A DNA stretch of 64,000 nt from an uncultured Gammaproteobacteria bacterium (lineage in GTDB: Bacteria > Pseudomonadota > Gammaproteobacteria > Arenicellales > CALHMG01): the NCBI GenBank assembly GCA_938034705.1, contig CALHMG010000027.1:41379-105378 (forward strand), in the 5' to 3' direction. The translations under genes and the position numbers were made by a program. Shown one piece after another: positions 1 to 10,435 of this stretch. Numbering within the stretch: position 1 is the first letter of the stretch; each line of letters starts with the position of its first letter. The notes below the pieces were generated by a model. The model was given only the letters and a program-made list of their open reading frames with translations. It did not search any database and was not told the DNA's origin.

Positions 1-2
1 AC

Positions 3-1055
3 ATGCAAACTGCTGTCGTGGTTTGTGACTCAACCCTGCACCTGACGTGGCTAAACGCGGCCGCAGAGCAACTGCTTCGAACGAGCGTTGATCGCGCGCG
101 CGGGCAGTCGATGGAGATTCTTTTTCTCAGTGGTGACGGACTGGTGAACACACTCAAAGATGCGTTGGCGGCGCAGCAGCATCTCACCCGACGCGATGTG
201 AGTCTGCGCGTTGGACCAACAGAGGAAGACATAACCGTGGACTGTACGGCCACCCCGCTGACACTCGAAGCCGCTGGTGAAGACGCGCTGCTGGTGGAGT
301 TGAGTGCGCTTGACCGGCTCAAGCGTCTTGCGCGCGAGGGCGCCTGGCTTGACGTACATACCGCGAACCAGAAAGTCATGCGAGGCCTGGCACACGAAGT
401 CAAGAACCCGCTCGGCGGGCTGCGCGGGGCGGCGCAGCTGCTGGAGCGTCAGCTGCCGGATGAAGACCTGCGCGAGTACACGGGCATCATCATCAGTGAG
501 GCCGATCGCCTTGGCAATCTGGTTGATCGCATGGCCGGACCGATGCAACCGTTCGCGCCGGAGCCTTTGAATATTCACCGTGTGACCGAACGAGTGAGAA
601 CGCTGCTGCTGGCAGACAGCGCGGATGAGGTTGAGATTATTCGTGACTATGATCCGAGCATTCCTGATCTGTGTGGCGAAGAGCCGTTGCTCATTCAGGC
701 GGTACTGAACCTCGTCAAGAACGCTATTGAAGCCGTAGACGACCGCGGCAACGTCATCCTTCGCACGCGAATTGATCGACAGATAACGATTGGGCAGGTG
801 CGACATCGACATGTGCTTCGCCTGGACATCATCGATGACGGACCCGGGATTGACCCCGAGATTGCCGACACCATTTTTTATCCGATGGTGACCGGCCGCG
901 CTCAGGGTACGGGTCTTGGGCTGTCGATATCCCAGGACATCGTCTCGAGACACAGCGGACTGATGGAGTTTGTCAGTCAGCCCGGCGAAACCCGGTTTTC
1001 GATTTACCTGCCATTCAGTCCACCCACCTACCCAGACAACGGTCATCAGAGTTAA
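3..1055 (+). CDS. glnL: Nitrogen regulation sensor histidine kinase NtrB (true start may lie upstream of the window)
   Basis: PAS domain, H-box LAHEVKNPLGGLRGAAQLL, DDGPG and GTGLGL boxes; immediately upstream of ntrC. Confidence 0.95.
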   Translation: MQTAVVVCDSTLHLTWLNAAAEQLLRTSVDRARGQSMEILFLSGDGLVNTLKDALAAQQHLTRRDVSLRVGPTEEDITVDCTATPLTLEAAGEDALLVELSALDRLKRLAREGAWLDVHTANQKVMRGLAHEVKNPLGGLRGAAQLLERQLPDEDLREYTGIIISEADRLGNLVDRMAGPMQPFAPEPLNIHRVTERVRTLLLADSADEVEIIRDYDPSIPDLCGEEPLLIQAVLNLVKNAIEAVDDRGNVILRTRIDRQITIGQVRHRHVLRLDIIDDGPGIDPEIADTIFYPMVTGRAQGTGLGLSISQDIVSRHSGLMEFVSQPGETRFSIYLPFSPPTYPDNGHQS

Positions 1056-1060
1056 CAGTC

Positions 1061-2518
1061 ATGGAGCAGAAAATTCGCCAGAACAGAAGCGACGCAGTGT
1101 GGGTCGTCGACGACGACTCCTCGATTCGCTGGGTGCTCAGCAAGGCGCTGGAGCAGGCTGGTCGCACCGTGCGCAGTTTTGAAAACGGCGAGGCCGCCGC
1201 GGCGCAGATTGATCTGGTTCAGCCGGACGTTATCGTGACTGATATCAGGATGCCCGGCATCGACGGACTGAAGCTGCTCGATATCATCAAGACCAAGGCA
1301 CCGGACGTGCCCGTGATTGTGATGACGGCACACACCGATCTGGATGCCGCGGTGTCGTCATTCAAAGGTGGCGCGTTCGAGTATCTGCCCAAGCCGTTTG
1401 ATATCGACGAGGCAGTCAAACTCATTTCACGCGCCTCGCGTCAGCGACCCCGCAGCGTCGATGAGTCAGAACAGCCGAATGCCACTGGCGCTGCATCGGG
1501 TACCGAGATTATTGGCGAAGCACCCGCGATGCAGGATGTTTTCCGAGCTATTGGTCGTCTGTCCGGGTCGCATCTGAACGTGCTGCTGTCAGGTGAGTCA
1601 GGCACCGGCAAGGAACTTGTCGCGCGCTCGCTCTTTGAAAACAGCCCACGCGCGGACGGGCCCTTCGTGTCGATCAACATGGCGGCGATACCGTCAGAGC
1701 TGCTCGAGTCGGAACTCTTTGGCCACGAGGCCGGTGCATTCGCCGGTGCTGACAAACAGCGCCAGGGGCGCTTTGAGCAGGCCAACGGCGGCACGCTGTT
1801 TCTCGATGAAATTGGCGACATGCCGGCCGACCTACAGACTCGACTGCTGCGTGTTCTTTCCGACGGACATTTTTATCGCATGGGTGGACACGAGCCGATC
1901 TCGATCGACGTACGCATCATTGCCGCGACCAACAAGGATCTTGAGGCGCTGGTACACGCATCGAGGTTTCGCGAGGATCTGTTCCACAGGCTCAACGTGA
2001 TTCGCATTGCATTGCCGTCGTTGCGCGAGCGACGCGAAGACATCCCGTCTCTGGTCAATCGATTTCTCAGCCATTGCGCTTCCGAGCTCAACGTCGAACC
2101 CAAGGCGGTTGACGATCAGGCGATGAAATTCCTTGCCGAACACGCCTGGCCGGGCAACGTGCGCCAGCTCGAGAATGTCTGTCGCTGGATCACCGTCATG
2201 GCGCCTGCGCGTTCGGTCACGGTTCGCGACATGCCAGACGAGCTGAACGTGCGCGAAGTTGACGAACTTCCGGTATCGACGGACTGGACGCGGAGTCTGG
2301 GTGCCGTCGTTGAAAGGCGTCTGCAGAACGGCGAAACCAGAATCCTCGACTCGCTCAGCCCCGAGTTCGAACGACTGATGATCGAGGTGGCCCTGCGCCA
2401 CACCCGTGGCCACAAGCAGGAAGCGGCCCGTCGGCTTGGCTGGGGCCGCAACACCCTCACCCGAAAACTCAAGGAACTGGGCATCGACAGTAACGCTGCG
2501 GCGACCTTACAGCGCTAA
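1061..2518 (+). CDS. glnG: Nitrogen regulation response regulator NtrC
   Basis: Receiver domain (VVDDD, TDIRMP), Walker A GESGTGKE, Walker B FLDEIGD, C-terminal HTH AARRLGWGRNTLTRKLKELG. Loop 1 reads GAFAGA. Confidence 0.95.
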   Translation: MEQKIRQNRSDAVWVVDDDSSIRWVLSKALEQAGRTVRSFENGEAAAAQIDLVQPDVIVTDIRMPGIDGLKLLDIIKTKAPDVPVIVMTAHTDLDAAVSSFKGGAFEYLPKPFDIDEAVKLISRASRQRPRSVDESEQPNATGAASGTEIIGEAPAMQDVFRAIGRLSGSHLNVLLSGESGTGKELVARSLFENSPRADGPFVSINMAAIPSELLESELFGHEAGAFAGADKQRQGRFEQANGGTLFLDEIGDMPADLQTRLLRVLSDGHFYRMGGHEPISIDVRIIAATNKDLEALVHASRFREDLFHRLNVIRIALPSLRERREDIPSLVNRFLSHCASELNVEPKAVDDQAMKFLAEHAWPGNVRQLENVCRWITVMAPARSVTVRDMPDELNVREVDELPVSTDWTRSLGAVVERRLQNGETRILDSLSPEFERLMIEVALRHTRGHKQEAARRLGWGRNTLTRKLKELGIDSNAAATLQR

Positions 2519-2565
2519 AGCGCGGTAAAACGTGTCGTCTGTGCATAATTCCAGACGTTGATGAC

Positions 2566-2587
2566 GATATAAAGATATGTTTATATC
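2566..2587. promoter_or_regulatory. Palindromic operator, probable SahR (ArsR-family) box for metK-ahcY
   Basis: GATATAAAGATATGTTTATATC, a 22-bp near-perfect inverted repeat resembling the ATAAAG-N4-CTTTAT SahR motif of proteobacterial SAM-cycle genes (recalled). Confidence 0.7.
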
Positions 2588-2761
2588 CTGCTGGTGAAGC
2601 GGGGTGACACCTGTTCGCCAACGGTGCTGGTCCCGGGCCTGTTTGCTTTCGAGACTTGTTGATCCACTCGTTCATTTACTGACACGTTTTAAGCGGCATC
2701 GCTGATGCGCGCATGGCTGCTTCGTACGCCATCGCGAGCGGTGCCGACAGGAGACTATCTA

Positions 2762-3949
2762 ATGTCGCGCAGTTATATCTTTACCTCGGAATCCGTATCT
2801 GAAGGCCACCCGGACAAAGTCGCGGACCAGGTTTCTGATTCTATTCTTGACGCCCTGCTTACCCAGGATCCCGCTTCTCGCGTCGCGTGCGAAACCATGG
2901 TCAATACGGGCATGGCCGTGATCTCGGGCGAGATTACGACCAACGCCGTGATCGACGCACCGGAAATCGTGCGCAACACGATCCGCGAGATTGGCTACAC
3001 CAGTTCAGAGATGGGCTTTGACGCCGATTCGTGCGCGGTAATCGTGTCTCTGGACAAGCAGTCTGTCGACATCGCTCAGGGCGTTGACGAAGGCACCGGC
3101 CAGGTTGATCTCGACCAGGGTGCGGGTGACCAGGGTCTGATGTTCGGATTCGCGTGCACCGAGACCGATACGCTGATGCCGTTTCCGATCGACTATTCAC
3201 ATCGCCTCGTCAAGCAACAGGCCGAGGTTCGCAAGGCCGGCAAGCTGCCGTGGCTGCGACCCGACGCGAAGTCACAGGTCAGCGTGCGTTACGAAGACGG
3301 TAAACCTGTCGCTGTCGATACGGTCGTCCTGTCAACACAGCATGCCGACGAAGAAGGCCTCACATGGGAACGCATTCAGGACGCCGTGATTGAGGAAATC
3401 ATCAAGCCAATTATTCCTGGCGACATGATGAGTAACGACACCAAGTTTCTCGTGAACCCCACCGGTCGTTTTGTGATCGGCGGTCCCGTTGGTGACTGTG
3501 GCCTGACCGGCCGCAAGATTATTGTTGATACCTACGGCGGCTATGCACGCCACGGCGGCGGCGCGTTCTCGGGTAAAGACCCCTCAAAGGTTGACCGCTC
3601 GGCCGCGTATGCCGGTCGCTATGTCGCGAAGAACATTGTTGCGGCGGGACTTGCTGACAAATGCGAAGTACAGGTCGCGTACGCGATCGGTGTAGCAAAG
3701 CCGGTCTCGGTCCTGGTCGAGACCTTCGGCACCGGCGTTGTCGCCGACGAACGAATCGAAGCTCTGGTGGACGATCACTTTGACCTTCGGCCCAAAGCCA
3801 TCATTGCGCAGCTCGACCTGCTGCGACCGATCTATCGCAATTCGGCGGCCTACGGTCACTTTGGCCGCACCGAACCCGAGTTCACCTGGGAAATAGCCGA
3901 CAAGGCGGTCGCGCTTCGTGAGGCGGCTGGCCTGTCAATGGCGAGCTGA
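2762..3949 (+). CDS. metK: S-adenosylmethionine synthetase
   Basis: [35 protein letters not shown]; ATG at 2762 follows the SD CAGGAG. Confidence 0.98.
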   Translation: MSRSYIFTSESVSEGHPDKVADQVSDSILDALLTQDPASRVACETMVNTGMAVISGEITTNAVIDAPEIVRNTIREIGYTSSEMGFDADSCAVIVSLDKQSVDIAQGVDEGTGQVDLDQGAGDQGLMFGFACTETDTLMPFPIDYSHRLVKQQAEVRKAGKLPWLRPDAKSQVSVRYEDGKPVAVDTVVLSTQHADEEGLTWERIQDAVIEEIIKPIIPGDMMSNDTKFLVNPTGRFVIGGPVGDCGLTGRKIIVDTYGGYARHGGGAFSGKDPSKVDRSAAYAGRYVAKNIVAAGLADKCEVQVAYAIGVAKPVSVLVETFGTGVVADERIEALVDDHFDLRPKAIIAQLDLLRPIYRNSAAYGHFGRTEPEFTWEIADKAVALREAAGLSMAS

Positions 3950-3959
3950 TTGATCCGAC

Positions 3960-4008
3960 TCCCGTCAGCGTTCGTAAGCGCTGACGGGAACGCACATTTT
4001 TTATTTTC
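3960..4008 (+). terminator. Hairpin plus T-rich tract between metK and ahcY (attenuator or processing site)
   Basis: TCCCGTCAGCG-loop-CGCTGACGGGA, then a short gap and TTTTTTATTTT. Confidence 0.55.
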
Positions 4009-4041
4009 ACGTCTTTGTTCTTCTTAAGGAAATCCCCCGAC

Positions 4042-5460
4042 ATGGCAACTCAAACCGCTCAACGCATCGACAACGACTATCTCGTCGCCGACATGAGTCT
4101 GGCAGATTTTGGTCGACGCGAGATTCGTATCGCCGAAACCGAAATGCCCGGACTGATGGCGACACGCAAGGAATATCAGGCATCCAAGCCGCTCGCAGGG
4201 ACCCGCATTGCTGGATGCCTGCACATGACGATTCAGACCGCTGTGCTGATCGAAACGCTGGTCGATCTTGGCGCCGATGTGCGCTGGGCGTCCTGCAACA
4301 TCTTCTCGACTCAGGATCACGCTGCTGCGGCGATCGCAGCTGCCGGTGTACCGGTTTTCGCCAAAAAGGGTGAGACCCTCGACGAGTACTGGGAATACGT
4401 TCACCGCATCATGGAGTGGCAGGACGGTGGCACACCGAACATGATTCTCGACGACGGTGGTGACGCAACGCTGCTTTCAATTCTTGGTTCCAAGGCCGAG
4501 AAAGACCCTTCTGTTCTCGACAACCCGGGCAGTGAAGAAGAGATTGCGCTCTACAAGTCAATCAAAGAGCGTCTCAAGACCAAGCCAGGCTGGTACTCAA
4601 CGATCAAGGACAGCATCCGTGGCGTAACCGAAGAAACCACGACCGGTGTTCTTCGACTGCGTCAAATGGCCGACGATGGCGATCTGCCGTTTCCCGCTAT
4701 CAACGTCAACGACTCGGTAACGAAGTCCAAGTTCGACAACCTGTACGGCTGTCGCGAGTCTCTGGTTGACGGCATCAAGCGCGCCACCGATGTCATGGTT
4801 GCCGGCAAGATTGCTGTTGTCTGCGGTTACGGTGACGTTGGCAAGGGTTCAGCGCAATCACTGCGCGGCCTTGGCGCTACAGTCTGGGTGACCGAGGTTG
4901 ACCCAATCTGCGCACTGCAGGCAGCGATGGAAGGCTACCGTGTCGTCACGATGGATGACGTTGCGAGCGAAGTTGATATCGTTGTCACGGCAACGGGCAA
5001 CTATCAGGTCATCACGCATGAGCACCTGAAGCAGATGAAAGATCAGACGATCGTCTGCAACATCGGTCACTTCGACAACGAAATCGATGTCGCGAGCCTC
5101 GAGCAGTATGAGTGGGAAGAGATCAAGCCTCAGGTTGATCACATCATTTTTCCGGACGGCAAGCGCATTATTCTGCTTGCTCAGGGTCGACTGGTTAACC
5201 TGGGCTGCGGCACGGGTCACCCGAGTTTCGTGATGTCGAACTCGTTTACCAACCAGGTGCTGGCCCAGATTGAGCTCTGGCAGAATGGCAAAAACTACGA
5301 CAACGATGTCTACGTCCTGCCAAAAGCACTCGACGAAAAAGTAGCCCGACTGCACCTCGACAAGATCGGCGCCAAGCTGACAACCCTGTCAGATCAGCAG
5401 GCGAGCTACATTGGCGTGACGCCTGAAGGCCCTTACAAGCCCGAGGCCTATCGCTACTAG
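4042..5460 (+). CDS. ahcY: Adenosylhomocysteinase
   Basis: [39 protein letters not shown]-terminal [10 protein letters not shown]. Confidence 0.98.
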   Translation: MATQTAQRIDNDYLVADMSLADFGRREIRIAETEMPGLMATRKEYQASKPLAGTRIAGCLHMTIQTAVLIETLVDLGADVRWASCNIFSTQDHAAAAIAAAGVPVFAKKGETLDEYWEYVHRIMEWQDGGTPNMILDDGGDATLLSILGSKAEKDPSVLDNPGSEEEIALYKSIKERLKTKPGWYSTIKDSIRGVTEETTTGVLRLRQMADDGDLPFPAINVNDSVTKSKFDNLYGCRESLVDGIKRATDVMVAGKIAVVCGYGDVGKGSAQSLRGLGATVWVTEVDPICALQAAMEGYRVVTMDDVASEVDIVVTATGNYQVITHEHLKQMKDQTIVCNIGHFDNEIDVASLEQYEWEEIKPQVDHIIFPDGKRIILLAQGRLVNLGCGTGHPSFVMSNSFTNQVLAQIELWQNGKNYDNDVYVLPKALDEKVARLHLDKIGAKLTTLSDQQASYIGVTPEGPYKPEAYRY

Positions 5461-5519
5461 GTCGCCAGCGCGATCGCGCTTTTTTCATCGGGTCGATCCG
5501 GTGAAAAGCAGCGTCAGAG

Positions 5520-5552
5520 AAAAGGCGCGGTCATAACGACCGCGCCTTTTTT
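5520..5552. terminator. Bidirectional intrinsic terminator
   Basis: AAAAGGCGCGGTC-loop-GACCGCGCCTTTTTT between convergent ahcY and DUF465 genes. Confidence 0.85.
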
Positions 5553-5651
5553 AGTGCCTTGCTGTTGCCTGTGGTGCACAGGCGTATCGACTTGATTCTT
5601 CGTATTTGAACGAAAGCCTGCGGAAAATGGGTAATCGAGTCCGCAGCTTCG

Positions 5652-5858
5652 CTACGCGACCGAGTCGGAGCGCAGCTGGCTTTCGAGTTCGGTGATGGAG
5701 TCTTTGAGTTGCAGCTTGCGCTTTTTCAGGCGTTTGACCTGTAGATCGTCGCTGAGATTGTCGCGCGTCATGCGCTGGAGCATGTCGTCGAGGTCGCGGT
5801 GTTCGGTATTCAGTGAATCGAGGCGGGCATGTAGTTTTTGGCTACTCGGCTCAGACAT
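5652..5858 (-). CDS. YdcH/DUF465 family coiled-coil protein
   Basis: EHRDLD...DDLQVKRLKKRKLQLKD pattern; SD AGGAG upstream. Confidence 0.85.
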   Translation of the reverse strand: MSEPSSQKLHARLDSLNTEHRDLDDMLQRMTRDNLSDDLQVKRLKKRKLQLKDSITELESQLRSDSVA

Positions 5859-6113
5859 AAGCGATTACTCCTGTAGTTCCGGTGGGGGACGGTACAGTCG
5901 TCTGCCTGTCACAGGACCGGCAGTCGGTCTGTACACACTGCTCAGTGTAGATGACGGGGTCTGCGATCGCTTGTCTATCCGTCGCCCCAGCATGGCAAAC
6001 TCATGGTTCCCGAGGGATGGAAATCCCTTAAAGTGCCCGCATTTACCCATCAAAGAGGTGGAATATGAGACAGTTTCCGCCCCATCTGTCGTAGCCCTGA
6101 GGACGTTAATAAC

Positions 6114-6308
6114 ATGGAAGATTTACCCACCTGGGAACTCATCGCCGGCGGCCTGCTGATGGTTGCACTCGTGTTCTTTTCGCGTGGCGGCGTCAAGAAG
6201 ATGCTCAAAGACAGCGAGGACGCACCGAAGGACTGGATGGGCTTCCTGTTACCCATGGCTTTTGTTGTCATTTTCGTTGTGTTGGTTATCGCGATGTTAC
6301 GCGGCTAA
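6114..6308 (+). CDS. Small two-TM membrane protein of unknown function
   Basis: 64 aa with two hydrophobic segments; SD GAGGA upstream; heads the GATase-pepN run. Confidence 0.7.
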   Translation: MEDLPTWELIAGGLLMVALVFFSRGGVKKMLKDSEDAPKDWMGFLLPMAFVVIFVVLVIAMLRG

Positions 6309-6328
6309 AACCAGGATCCCCTGACCCG

Positions 6329-7042
6329 ATGTCGAACAAGATTCTTACGCTTCGCCACATGCCCGGTGAGCGCGATGACCGTGTCAGTCGCTGGTTGAAA
6401 GATCAGGGCTACGAAATAACCCCGAGCAATCCGGCGCACGGCGTACCGATGCCGGAGGACGACTCGGACTTCGCCGCGATGGTGATTTATGGCGGGGTAC
6501 AAAGCGTCAACGACACGTCGCTGGATTATCTGAACCTCGAAAGAAAAGTGATCGATCGCTGGCTTCAGGATGATCGGCCCGTACTTGGACTGTGTCTTGG
6601 CGGGCAGCTGATCGCCCAGGTCCTGGGCGCGACCGTTGCGAATCACGCCGACGGCCTTCACGAGGTTGGCTACGTGCCGATTGAGTCGCTGGACAGGGAT
6701 TTCATGTCGGAGTCGATGTATCAGTATCAGTGGCACAACGAAGGCTTCCAGATACCTGAAGGTGCCGTGAAGCTTGCACGTGGTGCAAACTATGACAATC
6801 AGGCCTATCGCTACGGCAGCAACACCTACGGCTTTCAGTTCCATCCTGAAGTGACCGCTGACCTGGTACGCGTCTGGAACTCCGAAGTGGATCCGGTAAA
6901 GCTCGATGTGCCCGGCGCGGACCCGCAGGAAAAACAGTTCGCCGACGCGGACTATTATGACCCCGCGGTGGACAACTGGACGCGTGGTTTTCTGAAAACC
7001 TGGACAAGCCGGTTCGCGTCGAACCTGAACTCAACTCAATAA
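6329..7042 (+). CDS. Class I glutamine amidotransferase-like protein
   Basis: Nucleophile elbow LGLCLGGQ, YQWH, FQFHPE. Confidence 0.9.
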   Translation: MSNKILTLRHMPGERDDRVSRWLKDQGYEITPSNPAHGVPMPEDDSDFAAMVIYGGVQSVNDTSLDYLNLERKVIDRWLQDDRPVLGLCLGGQLIAQVLGATVANHADGLHEVGYVPIESLDRDFMSESMYQYQWHNEGFQIPEGAVKLARGANYDNQAYRYGSNTYGFQFHPEVTADLVRVWNSEVDPVKLDVPGADPQEKQFADADYYDPAVDNWTRGFLKTWTSRFASNLNSTQ

Positions 7043-7057
7043 CAAGCCTGTATTTCT

Positions 7058-9688
7058 ATGGATCGATCTCAAGCGACACCTGTTACTCACCGTCTGGCCG
7101 ACTACACGCCGCCCGCGGTGATGATCGACGCGCTGGACCTGCGATTTGATCTGGACGCCTCTGACACCTGTGTTGTAGCGACCATGGATATTCGGCGGCG
7201 AGACGCAAAGGCGACCGGACCGATAACGCTGCAGGGCGATGAGCTTGAGCTTGCTTCGGTGAGTGTCGACGGTCAGCTGCTTGAGAGCACACGTTACAGC
7301 GTCGACGGCAATGATCTTGTCATCAAGGGTCTGCCGCCCCGGTGTCGGCTTCAGATAGAGACCCGAATCAAGCCGGATCAGAACACCTCGCTGATGGGTC
7401 TGTATGCGTCATCCGGAAATCTCTGCACCCAGTGCGAAGCAGAAGGGTTCAGACGAATGACGTTTTACCCTGATCGCCCCGATGTATTGACGATATTCAC
7501 GTGCACCCTCGTGGGTTCCCGGCGCGACTATCCGGTGCTTTTATCCAACGGCAATCTTGTGGACAGCGGCAAGATTGGCGACGACAGACATTACGCGACC
7601 TGGCACGACCCCTGGCCAAAGCCGAGCTATCTGTTTGCGCTTGTGGCGGGCAAGCTTGAATTTGTAGAAGACACGTTCACCACCGTCGGTGGCCGCGTGG
7701 TCACGCTGCGCGTATACGTTCAGGCGCACAACATCGATAAATGCGATCACGCCATGGCCTCGCTGATCAAATCGATGAAATGGGATGAAGACGTTTATGG
7801 CTGCGAATACGATCTCGACATCTATAACATCGTCGCCGTTGACGATTTCAATATGGGCGCGATGGAGAACAAGAGTCTCAACGTGTTCAATTCAAAATAC
7901 GTCCTCGCCAGCCCACAGACGGCAACCGACACCGACTATCAGCAAATAGAAGGTGTGATCGGTCACGAGTACTTTCACAACTGGTCTGGCAACAGGGTGA
8001 CCTGTCGTGACTGGTTTCAGCTGAGCCTGAAGGAAGGCTTCACAGTTTTCAGAGATCAGGAATTCTCGGCAGATACGTTCTCCCGTGGTGTAAAGCGCAT
8101 AGAAGATGTCAACGTGCTGCGCACCCACCAGTTCAGGGAAGACGCCGGCCCCATGGCGCATCCCGTGCGTCCCGACTCGTACGTTGAAATCAACAATTTC
8201 TATACGTCCACCGTCTACAACAAGGGGGCCGAGGTGGTGCGAATGCTGCATTCGCTGCTTGGGCACGATCGCTTTATTCAGGGGACAACGCTTTACTTCC
8301 AGCGCCATGATGGCGCGGCCGTGACCATTGAGGAATTCATCAGCGCACTGGAGGACGCCAACGACGTCAAGTTCGACCAGTTCCGGCGCTGGTACTCCCA
8401 GGCCGGCACGCCTCGGCTGCAGGTTTCTCGGACCTACGACACGGATACCCGCGTGCTTAAGCTGACGGTAGAACAGAGCTGTCCGGACACCCCGGGCCAG
8501 ACGGGCAAGCAGGCCTTTCACATGCCGCTTCGCGTTGCGATGCTGGGTAAGAAAGGCAAACGGCAGCCTCTTGATGCGCACGGCAACGATGAGGTTGTTC
8601 TGGAGGTCAAAAAGAACACCCAGACATTCGAGTTCAGGGACATGGAAAAGGGAACGGTGCCATCGCTGTTGCGTGGCTTCTCCGCACCCGTCGTGCTGGA
8701 AACGGACCTTGGCGACCGTGAACTGAATTTCCTGATGAGCTTCGATGACGATCCGTTTAATCGCTGGGAAGCGGGACAGAAACTCGCGACACGGGTGTTT
8801 ACCAGGATGGCGAAGGCGGTGAAGGCCAATCGCACACCGGAGGTGCCCAAGTCCTATGTCGAGGCCTGGACCAGTGTGCTTGAAGCGGAAATGGATGATC
8901 TGAACTTCAAGGCCGAGGCGCTGCGACTGCCGTCGGAGATTGTGCTCGCAGAATCAATGTCAACGGTCGATCCCGGTGTCATCCATATCGCGCGCAACCA
9001 CCTTGTCAGAACACTGGCTCAGGAGGCCAGCGACAGACTTGCGGATCTCTACGATCAGCTCGCAACCACAGAGCCGTTTCATCCCGACGCAGCCAGCGCG
9101 GGTCGACGTGCGCTGGCAAACACCTGTCTGTCACTGCTCGCCGCCACAGACGCGACGACGGCGGAGGCGCTTTGTCTGGAACAGATCAAGACCGCCAACA
9201 ACATGACCGATGAACTCAATGCGCTCACCTGTGTAGCGCACTCAAACTGGTCTTCAAAGGACCGGACCGTTGAGGCGTTTTACAAGCGCTGGAAAAACGA
9301 ACCCCTGGTCATGGACAAGTGGCTGCGGGTACAGGCGACTTCACCTGCACCAGATACCGTTGAGCGTGTTATCGCCCTGACTTCCCATGCGGCCTACAGC
9401 GAACGCAACCCCAACAAGGTGTACTCGTTGATCGGTGGATTTACGATCGGGAACCCGGCCCGCTTTCACGCCGAGGACGGCAGCGGCTATCGGTTCGCGG
9501 GTGACTATATCCGCAAGCTCGATTCGTTTAACCCGCAGGTCGCTGCAAGAATGATGTCGGCCTTTACGCCCTGGCGACGTTACGACAAGGATCGTCAGGC
9601 GCTGATGCGGGCGGAGATCGAAAAGATCGTGGCCAAGCCAGAGCTGTCCAAAGATGTTTTCGAGATTGCCAGCAAGAGTCTGAAATAA
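7058..9688 (+). CDS. pepN: Aminopeptidase N (M1 family)
   Basis: TQCEAEGFR, GAMENK, HEYFH zinc motif followed by LKEG, VYNKGAEV. Confidence 0.97.
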   Translation: MDRSQATPVTHRLADYTPPAVMIDALDLRFDLDASDTCVVATMDIRRRDAKATGPITLQGDELELASVSVDGQLLESTRYSVDGNDLVIKGLPPRCRLQIETRIKPDQNTSLMGLYASSGNLCTQCEAEGFRRMTFYPDRPDVLTIFTCTLVGSRRDYPVLLSNGNLVDSGKIGDDRHYATWHDPWPKPSYLFALVAGKLEFVEDTFTTVGGRVVTLRVYVQAHNIDKCDHAMASLIKSMKWDEDVYGCEYDLDIYNIVAVDDFNMGAMENKSLNVFNSKYVLASPQTATDTDYQQIEGVIGHEYFHNWSGNRVTCRDWFQLSLKEGFTVFRDQEFSADTFSRGVKRIEDVNVLRTHQFREDAGPMAHPVRPDSYVEINNFYTSTVYNKGAEVVRMLHSLLGHDRFIQGTTLYFQRHDGAAVTIEEFISALEDANDVKFDQFRRWYSQAGTPRLQVSRTYDTDTRVLKLTVEQSCPDTPGQTGKQAFHMPLRVAMLGKKGKRQPLDAHGNDEVVLEVKKNTQTFEFRDMEKGTVPSLLRGFSAPVVLETDLGDRELNFLMSFDDDPFNRWEAGQKLATRVFTRMAKAVKANRTPEVPKSYVEAWTSVLEAEMDDLNFKAEALRLPSEIVLAESMSTVDPGVIHIARNHLVRTLAQEASDRLADLYDQLATTEPFHPDAASAGRRALANTCLSLLAATDATTAEALCLEQIKTANNMTDELNALTCVAHSNWSSKDRTVEAFYKRWKNEPLVMDKWLRVQATSPAPDTVERVIALTSHAAYSERNPNKVYSLIGGFTIGNPARFHAEDGSGYRFAGDYIRKLDSFNPQVAARMMSAFTPWRRYDKDRQALMRAEIEKIVAKPELSKDVFEIASKSLK

Positions 9689-10417
9689 ATGGTACGCGTC
9701 ATTCTTGCTCTGCTGGCCGTAGCCGGGCTGATGGTCTTTTTCTCCAAGCTTGGCCGTCTTTCCGGCGCCGAGCGTTCTGCGTATCTCAAACGAGCGGCGG
9801 TGTATGGCGCGGTCGCGCTGGTTTTGCTGATGGTGGTGACCGGTCGCGCACCCGCCCTGTTTGCGCTGGCTGCGGCAGCGATTCCGTGGATGCAGCGGGC
9901 GATGCTGCTGCGGGGTCTCGCCGGGCGTCTGAATTCCATGGGCATTCGCATCCCCGGACTCGATCGGGTTGGCGATATGTTCGCGGGCGGTGCTGTCAAA
10001 ACAGAGTCGATCGAATTCTCCCGCGACCACGGTAGCGGTCGCCTGACCGGTCGCGTCCTTAAAGGTCGCTTCGCGGGCAGTCAGCTCGATACGATGAATC
10101 TGAACAATCTGCTGGCGCTGCGAGAAGAAGTCGCCGCTACGGATCCCGCTGCTGAAGTCGAGCTGGTGAAATATCTCGACGCGACCTTTGAGGACTGGCG
10201 TGAAAGCAGCAAGGGCGTTGCGGCGAACAACGCGCCCATGACCTACAGCGAGGCACTTGAAGTGCTGGGGCTACAGCCCGGGGTATCGAGAGAAGAAATT
10301 GTTGAGGCCCATCGCAAACTGATCGCCAAGGTGCACCCCGATCGCGGTGGCGTTGACTGGATGGCGACAAAATTGAATCAGGCGCGAGACGTTTTGCTCG
10401 GACCAGACGGCCGCTAG
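9689..10417 (+). CDS. Membrane-anchored DnaJ-domain protein
   Basis: N-terminal TM segments and a C-terminal J domain with HPDRGG; ATG abuts the pepN stop. Confidence 0.85.
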   Translation: MVRVILALLAVAGLMVFFSKLGRLSGAERSAYLKRAAVYGAVALVLLMVVTGRAPALFALAAAAIPWMQRAMLLRGLAGRLNSMGIRIPGLDRVGDMFAGGAVKTESIEFSRDHGSGRLTGRVLKGRFAGSQLDTMNLNNLLALREEVAATDPAAEVELVKYLDATFEDWRESSKGVAANNAPMTYSEALEVLGLQPGVSREEIVEAHRKLIAKVHPDRGGVDWMATKLNQARDVLLGPDGR

Positions 10418-10435
10418 CCCGGGGACCGACGACGC

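Noticed and set aside
3950-4041. Possible SAH riboswitch upstream of ahcY
   Set aside because: The GAGGAGCG..UGC..AGGCUCGG consensus is absent; only a simple hairpin and T tract are seen.
5990-6040. GGCAAAC..GAAA resembling a c-di-GMP-I riboswitch
   Set aside because: Lacks the GNRA-capped P2 stem and the downstream CGCAAAGC element.
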